Positions 1 to 11,965 of a stretch of 64,000 bases of DNA are shown in pieces. The first letter of the stretch is position 1; each line of letters opens with the position of its first letter. The position numbers and the translations under genes were made by a program. The notes beneath the pieces are model-generated. The model did no database searches, was not told the DNA's origin, and was given only the letters and a program-made list of their open reading frames with translations. Where the stretch lies: the NCBI RefSeq assembly GCF_009914755.1, contig NC_060926.1; one strand, given 5' to 3'. Origin of the DNA: the human T2T-CHM13v2.0 reference genome, Homo sapiens.

Positions 1-696
1 GCATCATAAGAAGATTAATTCAACATTTGCGTGCATAATAGATGGAAAGAGCGAAGACTTAAAGCAGAATCATTCTAGGAGGCAATTACAGCAATCATTT
101 TGGATCATCATCATCAAACAGATACTGGCTGATGCCTACAACATGCCAAATATTTTACATACATTTACATGTTTAATCCTCAGCCTGAAGTATAGATATT
201 AAAGATAAGGGAAGAAAGTTTGAAGTAGAAAATTTGTCTACCTTCTTTCTGGTAGAAAGTCAGTAAGTGAAAAGTTGAACCTAGATCTACTTTACTCCAA
301 AACCTACAGTCTTTTTGGGATATCTAACTGCCTCCTATGGAGAAATAAGGATTCCTCTAAGACTAGAATTGTTTTTAATGACTTAGTCTAAGTGAAAAAA
401 CAGAAAGCATCACTCTGAGACATGTGCTTCAGAACAGATGGGTAAAGAAAGACAAGGCATGCTCTGATGGAAAATGTGAATACAAATGAGCAAGAGGTCA
501 TTGCCAAGAAGTCTGGAAATCTAGAAAAATGGAAGTCCATATAGGGATCTCCATCATGGTGCTTGGAGAAGGCAATATTTGGGTTAAAATGCTACAATAA
601 ATAAACCAAGTTCAGAGACAAAGAAGTCAAAGCGAAAATATAACGGGAAGTCCAGTAAATATATCAAGTTTGGTCTTCAGAGAAGTCTTCTAAAAA

Positions 697-840
697 AGGG
701 GTCAGCAAATCATGGCCCATAGGCCAAATTTTGCCTGCTATCTGTTTTTGTAAATAAAATCTTACTGAAACACAGCCATTTGGCCCACAAAGTCTGAAAT
801 ATTTACTTCTGACCATTTACAGAAAAAGTTTGCTGAAGCT
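697..840 (+). mobile_element. MER58A-like hAT-Charlie MITE with internal deletion
   Basis: Ends match the recalled MER58A termini (ggggtcagcaaa...; ...cagaaaaagtttgctga); the middle of the element is missing. Confidence 0.7.
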
Positions 841-889
841 TATTCTAAAAGGCTTTTGTAATTGGACTTGTGATAATAGATATAAAGTA

Positions 890-1112
890 AGGGTTTGCTA
901 AATACTATCCGTAAAGGGCCAGATAGTAAACATTTTAGGCTTTGGAATAACAAATGGTCTCCACTGTATAATCCTCATTTTCTGTTTGTTTGCCTCTTTC
1001 CAATCATTTGCTTCTTTCCAATCATTTAAAAATGTAAAACCATTCTTAGTTCATGGGCAAGCATAACACAACCTGCAGCCCAAATTTGTTCTCCAATTCA
1101 TTATTTGCAGAT
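890..1112 (-). mobile_element. MER58-family MITE, inverted relative to the preceding copy
   Basis: gtaaagggccagatagtaaacattttaggctttg and aaaaatgtaaaaccattcttag motifs. Confidence 0.6.
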
Positions 1113-1117
1113 TCTTC

Positions 1118-1632
1118 CTTTTATTTTTAATTTTATGGGTGCATAGTAGGTATATATATTTATGAGGTACATGCAACGTTTTGATACAGGGATACAATGT
1201 CTCATAAATCACATCAAGGTAATTGGATTATCCATCATCTCAAGCATTTACCACTTCTTTGTATTAGGAACATTTCAATTTTACTCTTTAACTTATTTTA
1301 AACATACAGTAAATCATTTTTGACTGTAGTCACCCTGTTGTAGAATCAAATGCTAGATTTTATTCATTCTATCTAACTATTATACCCATTAACCAACTCC
1401 ATCTTTTCCTACCTCTGCACTGTCCTTCCCAGCTTCTAGTAGCCATCATTTCACTCTGTATCTCCATGAGTTCAGATATTTTAATTTTTAGCTCCCACAT
1501 ATGAGTGAGAACATGTGAGCTTTTCCTTTCTGTGCCTGGCTTATTTCACTTAATACAATGTCCTCCAGTTTCATTTACGTTGTTGCAAGTGACATGATCT
1601 CATTCTTTTTATGGCTGAATAATATTCCATTA
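1118..1632 (-). mobile_element. L1MA-type LINE 3' end, truncated
   Basis: T-rich tail followed by typical L1 3'UTR antisense text (ctcccacatatgagtgagaacatg, tggctgaataatattccatt). The ORF 1571..1939 ending MEYYSAIKR is an L1 ORF2 C-terminal remnant. Confidence 0.85.
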
Positions 1633-1810
1633 TGTATGTGTAATAAATACACAGGCATACTGTATGTGTAATAAATACACAGGCATACTGTATGTGTAAT
1701 AAATACACAGGCATACTGTATGTGTAATAAATACACAGGCATACTGTATGTGTAATAAATACACAGGCATACTGTATGTGTAATAAATACACATGCATAC
1801 TGTATGTGTA
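1633..1810. repeat. 28-bp minisatellite, about 6.3 copies
   Basis: Unit TGTATGTGTAATAAATACACAGGCATAC starts at 1633, 1661, 1689, 1717, 1745 and 1773, with a partial copy at 1801. Confidence 0.97.
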
Positions 1811-1819
1811 TTTAGGCTG

Positions 1820-2203
1820 CTTATAGGCTCTCTGCAAGAAGAAAAATATGGCTCTTTTTGCCTGACCCTGCAGGCAGTCAGACCTTATGGTTGTCTTCCC
1901 TTGTTCCCTAAAAATCGCTGTTATTCTGTTCTTTTTCAAGGTGCACTGATTTCATATTGTTCAAACACATATGTTTTATAATCAATTTGTACAGTTAACA
2001 CAATTATCACAGTGATCCTGAGATGACATACATCCTCAGCTTACGAAGATAACAGGATTAAGAGATTAAAGTAAGACAGGCATAAGAAATTATAAAAGTA
2101 TTATTTGGGAATTGATAAATGTCCATGAAATTTTCACAATTCATTTTCCTCTGCCACAGCTCCAGCTGGTCCCTCTGTTTGGGGTCCCTGACTTCCTGCC
2201 ACA
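1820..2203 (-). mobile_element. MER11A-like (HERV-K11/HML-8) LTR, 5' ~390 bp only
   Basis: Reverse complement begins TGTGGCAGGAAGTCAGGGACCCCAAACAGAGGGACCAGCTGGAGC, the recalled MER11 5' terminus. Confidence 0.85.
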
Positions 2204-2394
2204 ACCAGTCATATTTCCTGGATCAATGCTCAGTTTTGTAATAATAAGGGATGCAGAAAGTCAAGAGAAGTCTTATCTCCTATCACTGTCTGATTGCTCT
2301 GCCCTTCTTTATGAGTCTAATATTGTAAAATATGTGTGTATGGTTATACAGCCATATTTTGAATTGATAATTCATCCTGCAATAATGAAATAAA

Positions 2395-2610
2395 TAGCTA
2401 AAGTTCATTGAATGCCTTGTGTCACATACCCTGCAAGGTACTTTATTATCTCATTGACTCAACAGAGGACTCATGTTAAATGAGCACTGTTCTCATCCCT
2501 GCTTCACATATGAGTAAACTAAGGTTTAGAGAGATAAAGCAACTAACTCAAAATCACATAGCTAGCATGTGACAGCTCTTGGATATGAACTCAAGTCTAT
2601 CTGACCCGAC
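2395..2610 (-). mobile_element. MIR SINE
   Basis: Core-like text atgagtaaactaaggtttagagagataaagcaac...tcacatagctag...gaactcaagtctatctgac. Confidence 0.7.
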
Positions 2611-3089
2611 AGGCAATCTCTTTCTCTCTGCACTGTACTACATTTGTACTGAAGTACAATAGTGCCCTTTGTCACTCTGATACCTTTCCTGAAGGGGTTT
2701 TATGACATTTTATAATGACTTCCAAATATCATGAAAAGGAAAAGATATTAAGAGAGCATCTGAAATGTATCAATAAATTTTGGATAGTTTTGAAAACATA
2801 AACTTATGATTCATTTTCTTTCGGCTGTGTTAATAGAAGTCCCTGGAGGTTAATTGGTTAATTTAAGATATTAAAGAAATGTTCAAAGTATATAATATAG
2901 AAATAAATTGTTGGATTAAAATGGCTTTTATTATGTAATTAATTTTTTCAGATCCTTTAAATCTAAAAAACTGGATGTTTCCATACAGAATTTCTATTTT
3001 ATATGTTATCCTCACAAAACATAACAAAAATGTTCAGAGACTTATTTGAGAAGAATTCATAATGATGCTAAAAATGTTAAGAAATTGTC

Positions 3090-3240
3090 TGAGTTAAATG
3101 TGATAAAATTCAGTAAGAACAAATGCAAGGTAGTGCATGTAGGATGGATTAATCCTTCCCCTAAATATAAAATGACGGTGTATCCTGAATAGTGATACAG
3201 GAAAAAAGACTTAAGATCAACAGCAAACCATGCACTGATC
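3090..3240 (+). mobile_element. CR1/L3 LINE ORF2 fossil
   Basis: Translation from 3103 gives IKFSKNKCKVVHVG, similar to the CR1 RT C-terminal motif KFNxxKCKVLHLG; gaaaaagactt follows. Confidence 0.6.
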
Positions 3241-3994
3241 ATAAGGATCTAATCACGTAGATTCTTACAATGAGAATACATTGAAAAAACTTAGCAGAAA
3301 TATTTTCCTGCTTTCAGATGTTGAAAACCCCACAGGCAGAAATCTCATAGTGAGTTAATATCATTGACTGTACAGCATAAATATAACCTTATAATATACA
3401 AGGCATTTTGCTTCATAATTTATATACATTATCTCATTCGATTATCACACAAAACCTATATTCTCATACTTGAAGATGAGTAAACCAAAGCTCAGAGAAA
3501 TATGTGTATATTTTTGCTAAAATATGATTATCTAAAAGAACTACATTGAAACCATGATGGTCTAATCTTCTTTAGTAATGCCAAAGTATCCATTTTTAAA
3601 GTTAAAATATGACTGTTACACAAATATAGAATGAACACATGCCAAAGATTTATTAACTTATTAATGTCATTAGTTTTTAACTTGTTTACACATTATTAAT
3701 TTATAACTTATTACCATTATTTATTAATGGTAGAGCAGTTTGAGAAAGTGGATTTTATAAACATTTTTAAAAGGGAAGTTAAAACTTCTAAGGTAGATAC
3801 AAAACTAAATAATATCCTGTAGGGCAATAAAAAGACAACCTTTGGGGGTTATCTTTTCTATTAGACTATTTACATCTTTACCAGACAAGGTCTACAGATC
3901 AACTTGCAACTTCATCAAGTTTGAGCCCTTAAATAATAGTAAATAACAAAGTCAAATAAAAGTATATGCTTCAGGCACTTAGACAATCTGTGGT

Positions 3995-4110
3995 TGTTCA
4001 GGAGAACCACCTGCCATGGTTTTTCAGGAACAGAGGGGTTTCCCAGACATTGGATTCTTAGAGCTAAAACCAGGAAAGACCCTGGAAACCCAGCATATTT
4101 GATCTCACTA
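3995..4110. mobile_element. MER94-like hAT-Blackjack MITE
   Basis: gaggggtttcccagacattggattcttagagctaaaaccaggaaagaccctgg resembles the recalled MER94 consensus. Confidence 0.55.
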
Positions 4111-7049
4111 ACAGTGCCCTGGAATGACACTGAAAGAACATGCTGCATCCTCCTGACCTTATTTCCAGAAAATTTTTTTAACAGTGAGATTGCAATAATG
4201 GTATTCTATCTTGATAGTGACTTCAAACCTTGGAAAAGCTAAGAATATATAGACATTTTTGGGTTTACCTTAATTTGCATTAAACCCACAAAGAATAAGA
4301 TTTTTTTCCAGTTATTCATTAAAATGCTGCTGCTCAGGATAGCAAAGTCTCTAAGAAGTGGCACAGTAGGTTTCTACTATAGTACATTTAACACGGCCTC
4401 AATTTGGCCACCAGTGAAGAGCAGCACATGAGATCCTTCTTTACCTACTTGATGTCCATCTTCTCACACTTTGTGTTTGTATGTTTGTGTTAAGCTACAA
4501 TGCAAAGATAACCTGTTTTAAAATCATCACCTCTGATTTAGTTACTATTCTGCATTCAATGGGAGAAATTTATCCAAGCTAAACTAAAGGGGCTTTGATT
4601 TTGTTTTTCTTTCTCCTTTTTTCTTTGTAAAAAGGAAAAACCTAAGAGAGATTATCTAATGTCATCAAATTCTGGAATATTGCATATCCACAGCCATCAA
4701 ACTTAGGTTTGTCCCCTCTTCTGTGCCTTTGCTCTCCACAACTCCATTACTCCATTCAAATATGCTCAATGTTTGGTTTCTCAGAGTGTCATCTTGCAGA
4801 CTTGAGACTTGATAGGGAGTCCTAGGCAGTAGATGCGGAATGGCAAAGGGAGGTAACTGGGCGGATATATCTGAGAGCAGCTCAACTTTGCAGAACCTAA
4901 AGACCTTGGGATGGTGCAGAAAATTCAGATATGAGTTCCTGAGACCCCCCCAGGAAGGTAGAGTTGCACTATAAGGTCTGAGAGCTGGCAGACTGGAAGA
5001 GGCCCAGCTATACTTAAACACTTCTCTGCCTTCCACCAAACTTGCATAATTAGCACATCCAGTTAGTTGTCATGCCACTAACAGAAACCACCCCTGTCGG
5101 AGGGCAGTCTATGGTAATCTATCTTTTCTTGAGCCTGCCCATTATCATCTCACTGCCATATCCAAAATTGCTCCTCAAACAGTTTTTCCAAGCCCCCTCA
5201 GTAATTTTTCTGAGTGTAGTTATGACAATATAAATTTATTCAACTCCTTGCATAATACAATTTGAGTCAAATTGCAGGATGACACCACTTCTTAAGAGAA
5301 CAGTGCAAGAAAGCAGAAAAATAAGACAAAGTAGAAATAATTCAGAGAAAACAAAAACCTTGCTAATATCCTTCTTTTGAAGACTGGGGCTGAAGCAAGG
5401 GTGGACTGAGAGTAGAGATAGGTATTATCTACCTGGGAGTCACTTTTCTAACCACAGAAAAAAAATAATACTAAGGACACTAAGCATTGCTGCTAAACAG
5501 TGTTTTTTTATTTTTTTTTATTCTGATCTAGTGCCAGCAGGGGGGAAAAATAGTAATCTCCTCGGAGCCATTGTCATTGCTGAGGACCAAGAACAGCAAA
5601 AAAGCTGTCTGCACAGAAATGCTAAACCCCAAAATAAGAAACATAGGACATTTCTGCAACCCAAATTCTCACAAATGCACCAGTCTATCCCTAGATCAAG
5701 GAAATAACTGAAAATCTGAAAGGTATCCAGCTGAAATTCAAGGACAGTTCTTCACTGTAGCTGAGCTGCCCTCCAGCTTTGAAAGAACCTTGTGTGAAGA
5801 CGTGACTCTGACCAGTCTCCCCAAACAGCTGAAGAGCAGAACACAAACCATGAAGTGTCTACACTGAGTCCATTTTCCAAGAGGTATATGAAAAGATTTT
5901 AAGGTCAACACAGAAAATAAACCTACCCAGGCTATTTTTAGGCTCATAGCACCTTCCAGGATACATCATGCACTTGATGTTTGGAGTTGCAAACCCTGAA
6001 TGTCTGAGATAGCATGATGGTATATATCTAAACCCCTCCAAGGATAACAGCTATAAAGCACAGGGGAAACTGCCTGGTATTCTGGAATCCAACTGTGATG
6101 GGGGTAGGGCTGGGGAAGGTGAGGCTTGGAAGACCTTCCTACTTCCTTCAGGAGTACCAATAACAGGACCTTATTACTCCCATTTCAATTACCAACCTAG
6201 CTACATTAGTCTTGCAGTTTAAAAGACTTCACTTCTAATTCAGGCAGAGGCAAACTTTCAGACCTATTTTCTGGTACCTTTGTGACTTGTTTTTTTTCTC
6301 TGTCTTTAAAGGTGTCTTCTGTGGAAATTGAGAACAGGTGTGCCAGGGGCTACTAGACAAATGTCATTATTTGTCTTTAAACTGCTTCATGTCATCATTT
6401 GATACTATTTGCCCATTAAATATGGGCAAATAGTATTTGTACTATTACGTAGACCCAGAAAACTATAAATTATATTAATCTTTGTTCCCAAGGCCAGTGT
6501 TTTTATTTCTTTTTTGGTAGCCTCTAATTATTTTCTTTTTTGGTAGCCTCTAAATTAGCCTCTAATTAGGGGAGCATCTATAAATAAGTTATTTTAATAA
6601 GTTAAAAAATAAATGCCACTTTAAGGAAAAACTTTAATTGGCTAAATTTTGTCCTTAAGCTTTTGCCAGATATTAAAAAGAGAGTGAGACTGAGAGAAAA
6701 AAGACAGATCAAATGAGTCAAAAACTACTACTTAAACTAGTCCTAGAAAGTCAAAGCTTAAGTGGGGGACATTAACTTCTAATTTAAGTCTGTTCCTACT
6801 CATTTTTCTCTAGCAGGTCCACATCTTCTGTGTCCTTTGCACATGTTAGTACTAATGCCTATCTATGCTTTGCTTCTTTTTATTTTCCCCAGTTGGAATC
6901 CCATCCTATTTCCACCATCTAGATCTCTCCCTTTTTTTAGAGCCTGACTCCACCCTTCAATGCTCCAAAGAACATTCTCCACTAAATGTCATCAGGCTAT
7001 AATGGTACATTTCTTTATATTATTTCACCTATGCCATTTTATATGTCAT

Positions 7050-7069
7050 ACATACACGCATACACACAC

Positions 7070-7118
<49 letters not shown>
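7050..7118. repeat. (CA)n microsatellite
   Basis: Pure AC run at about 7073-7118 with a degenerate left flank. Confidence 0.98.
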
Positions 7119-7121
<3 letters not shown>

Positions 7122-7944
7122 ATTTCTACCCAACAATATGAAACAATTTCTTTTAAGAAAGGGACCAATTCTTTGATTGATTTTATATTATTAAAAATAC
7201 CCCTTAAAACAATATACTATTTTTCCACATTGTGGAATAATACATTTAAAATAAAATAGACTTTTCAGATAGCTGGAGTTTTTATTCTGGGAATTCCCAA
7301 GAAAGAAAGATAGCTGAAAATACAGAGAGGATAGGCATCGTCAGGGAGGTTTCAGTTAATTGGATAAGGTATGGCTCATTTGACTAATTCCTCTTCTTCC
7401 CTGAATTCAAGGTTACTTTTATCTTGACTGCTTGAGCTCATGGTATTACTCTTCAAGCAAACTTTAGGAGACTCACAGGACATGAGACTAGATTTCAACT
7501 TACAGATTTTCACTTAAGCATAATTTTCACAGCAAAAGAGAAAAATCAGAAGTAGGATATGGCATGAAGCAAAGATGGCAAGATAGATAATATGTGATCA
7601 GCTGTGGCTTTAAAAAAGAGAGAGAGAAAAGAAAACTACTGTGGGGAAGGGCAGACGGAAGAGGGAGAATGGTATGGGAATCAACTAGGGAAAATAGTAG
7701 ATTTTACATCATTTTAAAAGATATTTTGCTAGACAGGAAAAGAAGTCAAGGTAGGTAACAATTCAACCCAAGAAACATAGATGAATGAAATACAATAAAT
7801 GTTGGACCTATCTGCTATCTTGTGATTCCTTCTGCCTGGTTTTGTCTTTCACTATTTTCTCTTAACTAATAACTTCCAAAATCTCAGGGACAAACTCTAA
7901 TCTTCTGTCTCCAAATAACAAATATAAACATTTATTCAAGACTT

Positions 7945-8130
7945 AAGAATCAGGATATTTGTGTTAGAATCCTAGCTCTGCAGTTGTAAGCTGTGTCTTT
8001 AAATAATTCATTCAACTTATTTGACCTTCAGTTTTGTATTTGTAAAATGGGCATAATAATAGTGCCTAAAGTTGTGAGAATGTTACAAAATACCATGAGA
8101 AAATGCCTTGAAAATATAAATCTTTATGCA
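7945..8130 (+). mobile_element. MIR SINE
   Basis: gaatcctagctctg...agctgtgt...cagttttgtatttgtaaaatgggcataataatagt. Confidence 0.7.
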
Positions 8131-10129
8131 AATATAAAGACTCCTAAGTATATTTTAATATGAATATTTTTATGTCAAATTCAGTGTTTTAAAACACATT
8201 TAATAGCTTACCATCCAGAATTGTTTCTTTTTCTTTATATTTTTAATGCTGTTAGCTTTCAATTGTTGTCTTATCCAGCTGGAATGAAAACTTAGGGTTA
8301 TCTTTGAATCCTTCCCATCTTTAAATATTAACTAACTGCTGCCTGTTATTACTTTGCAACACTGGAGATGTGAATCTCTTTCCATTTTGACTGTTTTTGT
8401 GCCTCTTTTTCTCTAGAAGATTGCCTTTGGCACACTACTGTGCAGCTCATTCATCTAAACCTCTGCTCCTACCATCTTACCTCCCTTACAGATTGTTTCA
8501 GTAGCTCCTCCATTTAAAGTAAAATTTCCTCAATTAGGCCTTATCATCAGCCACAATCTTACTCTGCCTTAACCTTTCAGAGTGTGTTTCCCCTTATGAA
8601 TCCTCTGGGCCTCCCAAATGTTTTCTTTCAATCTATCTAGTATATCATGAATAATGGGTAACAGTGTTATAGGGGATGGTTGGGCTTAAGGCCCTAAAAC
8701 TATTAAAATGAATATAGTCGTATGAGTAGAGAAGACAGCATATAATTTCATAGCATCAGGGCATTCTTAAGACACCTGGGCTATTGTCTGCTTTTTTCAT
8801 TTTGTCCATGTACATAAATGGTTCATACAATATTAGTTTTGGTTAAAAATAGCTTCTAACTAAAACAATAGACTTATGATGAAAACGAATATGGGAACTT
8901 GGATATCTATGGCCAAAATTCATCCAAATCAAGTAATAATAGTTTTTAAGATGATAAAAAAATTATACAAAACTAGTTCCTAAACACACACACATACACT
9001 GCCCTTTAATATTATAATTTTGTTTCTCTGAATAGAATTGAAAAGAACACTCAGCCACATTGTTGTAACATGTTGGATCCTATTATTTTTAGGTTGCTAA
9101 CCAATACCAATTTGCACCAAAAGAAAGAGTTACAATTGATGAAAAAAATTAAACAGATTCAAGTTTGATTTTATCACAGTTTTAATCCCTTTAACACAAT
9201 ATTTCATTTTTTTATGTCAAACACCCATTGAACTCTGTTTTGTGGATGTTTTGTTAAAGCATATTGTCCTGACATTTAATGCAAGCAAGTCATTGTTAAA
9301 GACATCTCAGTGTATCCTGCCATTATCTCTTCCTTCTGTTAAATGGTCACTGGATACATCAAGTCTACCTCAGAGATGGCTCCAGAATGATGGTTATCTG
9401 TCCAGATATAGGCCAAATGAATGTCTGTAAGGAATCAAGTCATTTTTCAGAAAACAGCACTACCCAACTTCAGCTCATGAAAAGGTCCCAAAGTTTTTCA
9501 TAGACATGATTACTGCCTGGAAGTTTTTCAAAGCAAGAATAATCAATAGCCCAAAAGAACCCCAAACTGAGCCTCAAATCTCCTCTGTTGGTAATGCTAA
9601 CGTGTATAATTAGGACATAATGTATTTCTGTTAAACTTTGTGCATGATTTGAAGATGCTAATGATAAGAAGTTCTATTTTGGACAACTGTGTATTACTCC
9701 TGGATTAGCTGGAGATAGTAGATGCAGTAGATACCCAGTGATGGAGACTGCACAACATGGTGTCCTCCCTCAGTTGCTTTAGGGTCACACAAGAAGACAC
9801 AGAGCACATGGACGTTGAACTTCATGATAAAATACAAATTGTGTGATGCAAATAGCTAAGTGGTTGTGCATAACAAATACTGAACAAACGGATAGAAAAT
9901 GGATTCCAGGGAGTTTGCAGTATCACTCACCATGGTTGGAAGAGGGTATTGGGGCTCAGTCAATCTTAAAGTTACATGAACACTTTTTATTTGATACCAG
10001 ATGTAACTGAACAATGTTCCTTTTGATGTATGAGGCCAACCAAAATATCACCTCCAGGTTTTCTTTTCCCTTTAATGCAGGAAATTTAATTTGGTAGGAA
10101 AATATAGGTCTCTTCTCACCTTCTTCAGT

Positions 10130-10185
10130 TTCCTCCCTCCCTCCCTTCCTCCCTCCCTTCTTTCCTTCCTTTCTTCCTTCCTTCC
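10130..10185. repeat. (CCTT/CCCT)n polypyrimidine tract
   Basis: Read directly from the sequence. Confidence 0.9.
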
Positions 10186-10373
10186 AAGTCTTAGTACATA
10201 TATAGAGAGGCATTCTGGCCATTAGTTTTTCATGAAAGTAGTTTATTCCTGAATCATAGGCTGTTTACAGTCATTGTACAGCTTGCATATATTTATCTTT
10301 AATCATCAGTTGCCTGGGAAATGATACAACATAAGATGTTGGTATGAGACAGATATTCTTCTCTCTTCCATTG

Positions 10374-10427
10374 TTCTCTCTCTCTCTCCCTGTGTGTGTG
10401 TGTGTGTGTGTATGTGTGTGTGTGTGT
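10374..10427. repeat. compound (TC)n(TG)n microsatellite
   Basis: Read directly from the sequence. Confidence 0.95.
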
Positions 10428-10728
10428 ATTTATAAGGAAAGACTGCTGCTGTGTTAAATAATCAGATGTAATGCTTATAAGTATTTTATATAGTATTTCA
10501 AAACACAGACCCATAGCCAAGGAAAGTATTCCCTGTTATGATATTGCTGCTTAACAGTAAACCACTAATAGTATCCCTGAATCCCTGGGTGGTATTAGAA
10601 ACAAGTCAGCACACCTGAGCTAAGGAGAATACATTTAGGTGGAGTTATACTGGATTTCAGCCCCTTGTTTCTCAGAGTCAAGGAGAGGGAGATAAGACAG
10701 TAAAATATGGCTTTTCAGTGGGTCATTT

Positions 10729-11949
10729 TGAGAGGTGACAGCGTGCTGGCAGTCCTCACAGCCCTCGCTCGCTCTCAGCGCCTCCTCTGCCTTGGCTCCC
10801 ACTTTGGCGGCACTTTAGGAGCCCTTCAGCCCACCGCTGCACTGTAGGAGCCCCTTTCTGAGCTGGCCAAGGCCGGAGCCGGCTCCCTCAGCTTGCAGGG
10901 AGGTGTGGAGGGAGAGGCGCGAGTGGGAACCCGGGCTGCGCCTGGCGCTTGCGGGCCAGCTGGAGTTCCAGGTGGGCGTGGGCTTGGCGGGCCCCGCACT
11001 CGGAGCAGCCGGCCGGCCCTGCCGGCCCCGGGCAATGAGGGGCTTAGCACCCGGGCCAGCGGCTGCGGAGGGTGTACGGGGTCCCCCAGCAGTGCCAGCC
11101 CACCGGCGCTGCGCTCGATTTCTTACCGGGCCTTAGCTGCCTTCCCGCGGTGCAGGGCTCGGGACCTGCATCCCGCCATGCCTAAGCCTCCCACCGCCTC
11201 CATGGGCTCCTGTGAGGCCCGAGCCTCCACGATGAGCGCCGCTCCCTGCTCCACGGTGCCCAGTCCCATCGACCACCCAAGGGCTGAGAAGTGCAGGCAC
11301 AGGGCGCGGGAGTGGCAGGCAGCTCCACCTGCAGCCCCCGTGCAGGATCCACTGGGTGAAGCCAGCTGGACTCCTGAGTCTGGTGGGGACTTGGAGAATC
11401 TTTGTGTCTAGCTCAGGGATTGTAAACGCACCAATCAGCGCCCTGTCAAAACAGACCACTCGGCTCTACGAATCAGCAGGATGTGGGTGGGGCCAGGTAA
11501 GAGAATAAAAGCAGGCTGCCCGAGCCAGCAGGGGCAACCTGATGGGGTCCCTTTTCAAGCTGTGGAACCTTTGTTCTTTCTCTGTTTGCAATAAATCTTG
11601 CCACTGCTCACTCTTTGGGTCCACACTGCTTTTATGAGCTGTAACACTCACCGCGAAGGTCCGCAGCTTCACTCCTGAAGCCAGCGAGACCACGAGCCTA
11701 CTGGGAGGAACGAACAACTCCCGACGCGCCGCCTTAAGAGCTGTAACACTCACCGCGAAGGTCTGCAGCTTCACTCCTGAGCCAGCGAGACCACGAACCC
11801 ACCAGAAGGAAAAAACTCCGAACACATCTGAACATCAGAAGCAACAAACTCCGGACACGCCGCCTTTAAGAACTGTAACACTCACTGCGAGGGTCCGCGG
11901 CTTCATTCTTGAAGTGAGTGAGACCAAGAACCCACCAGTTCTGGACACA
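10729..11949 (+). mobile_element. Solo LTR12C (ERV9/HERV9) LTR, 1221 bp, CpG-rich
   Basis: Begins TGAGAGGTGACAGCGTGCTGGCAG and ends ...TTCTGGACACA. 4-bp TSD ATTT at 10725-10728 and 11950-11953. Three U5 repeats containing ctgtaacactcac. Confidence 0.97.
11400..11630 (+). promoter_or_regulatory. LTR12C-derived promoter of SChLAP1
   Basis: CCAAT at 11431-11435, AATAAAA (TATA1) at 11504-11510, AATAAA (TATA2/poly(A) hexamer) at 11590-11595; the recalled transcript 5' end is at about 11628. Confidence 0.75.
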
Positions 11950-11965
11950 ATTTCAAGTCCTCAGG
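11628..11965 (+). ncRNA. SCHLAP1: SChLAP1 exon 1 (~338 nt, almost all LTR12C)
   Basis: Donor AGG|GTGAGT at 11965/11966, 16 nt past the LTR end. The 5' end GCTTTTATGAGC is from recall and approximate. Confidence 0.9.

Noticed and set aside
697-1112. Inverted pair of MER58 elements as a hairpin
   Set aside because: Too diverged for a stable stem and upstream of the transcribed region.
1633-1810. 28-bp repeats reminiscent of a CRISPR array
   Set aside because: Head-to-tail with no spacers, no cas genes, and the DNA is eukaryotic.
10826-11825. GC-rich ORFs up to 172 aa
   Set aside because: They lie within LTR12C; GC-rich DNA has few stop codons, and several start at non-ATG codons.
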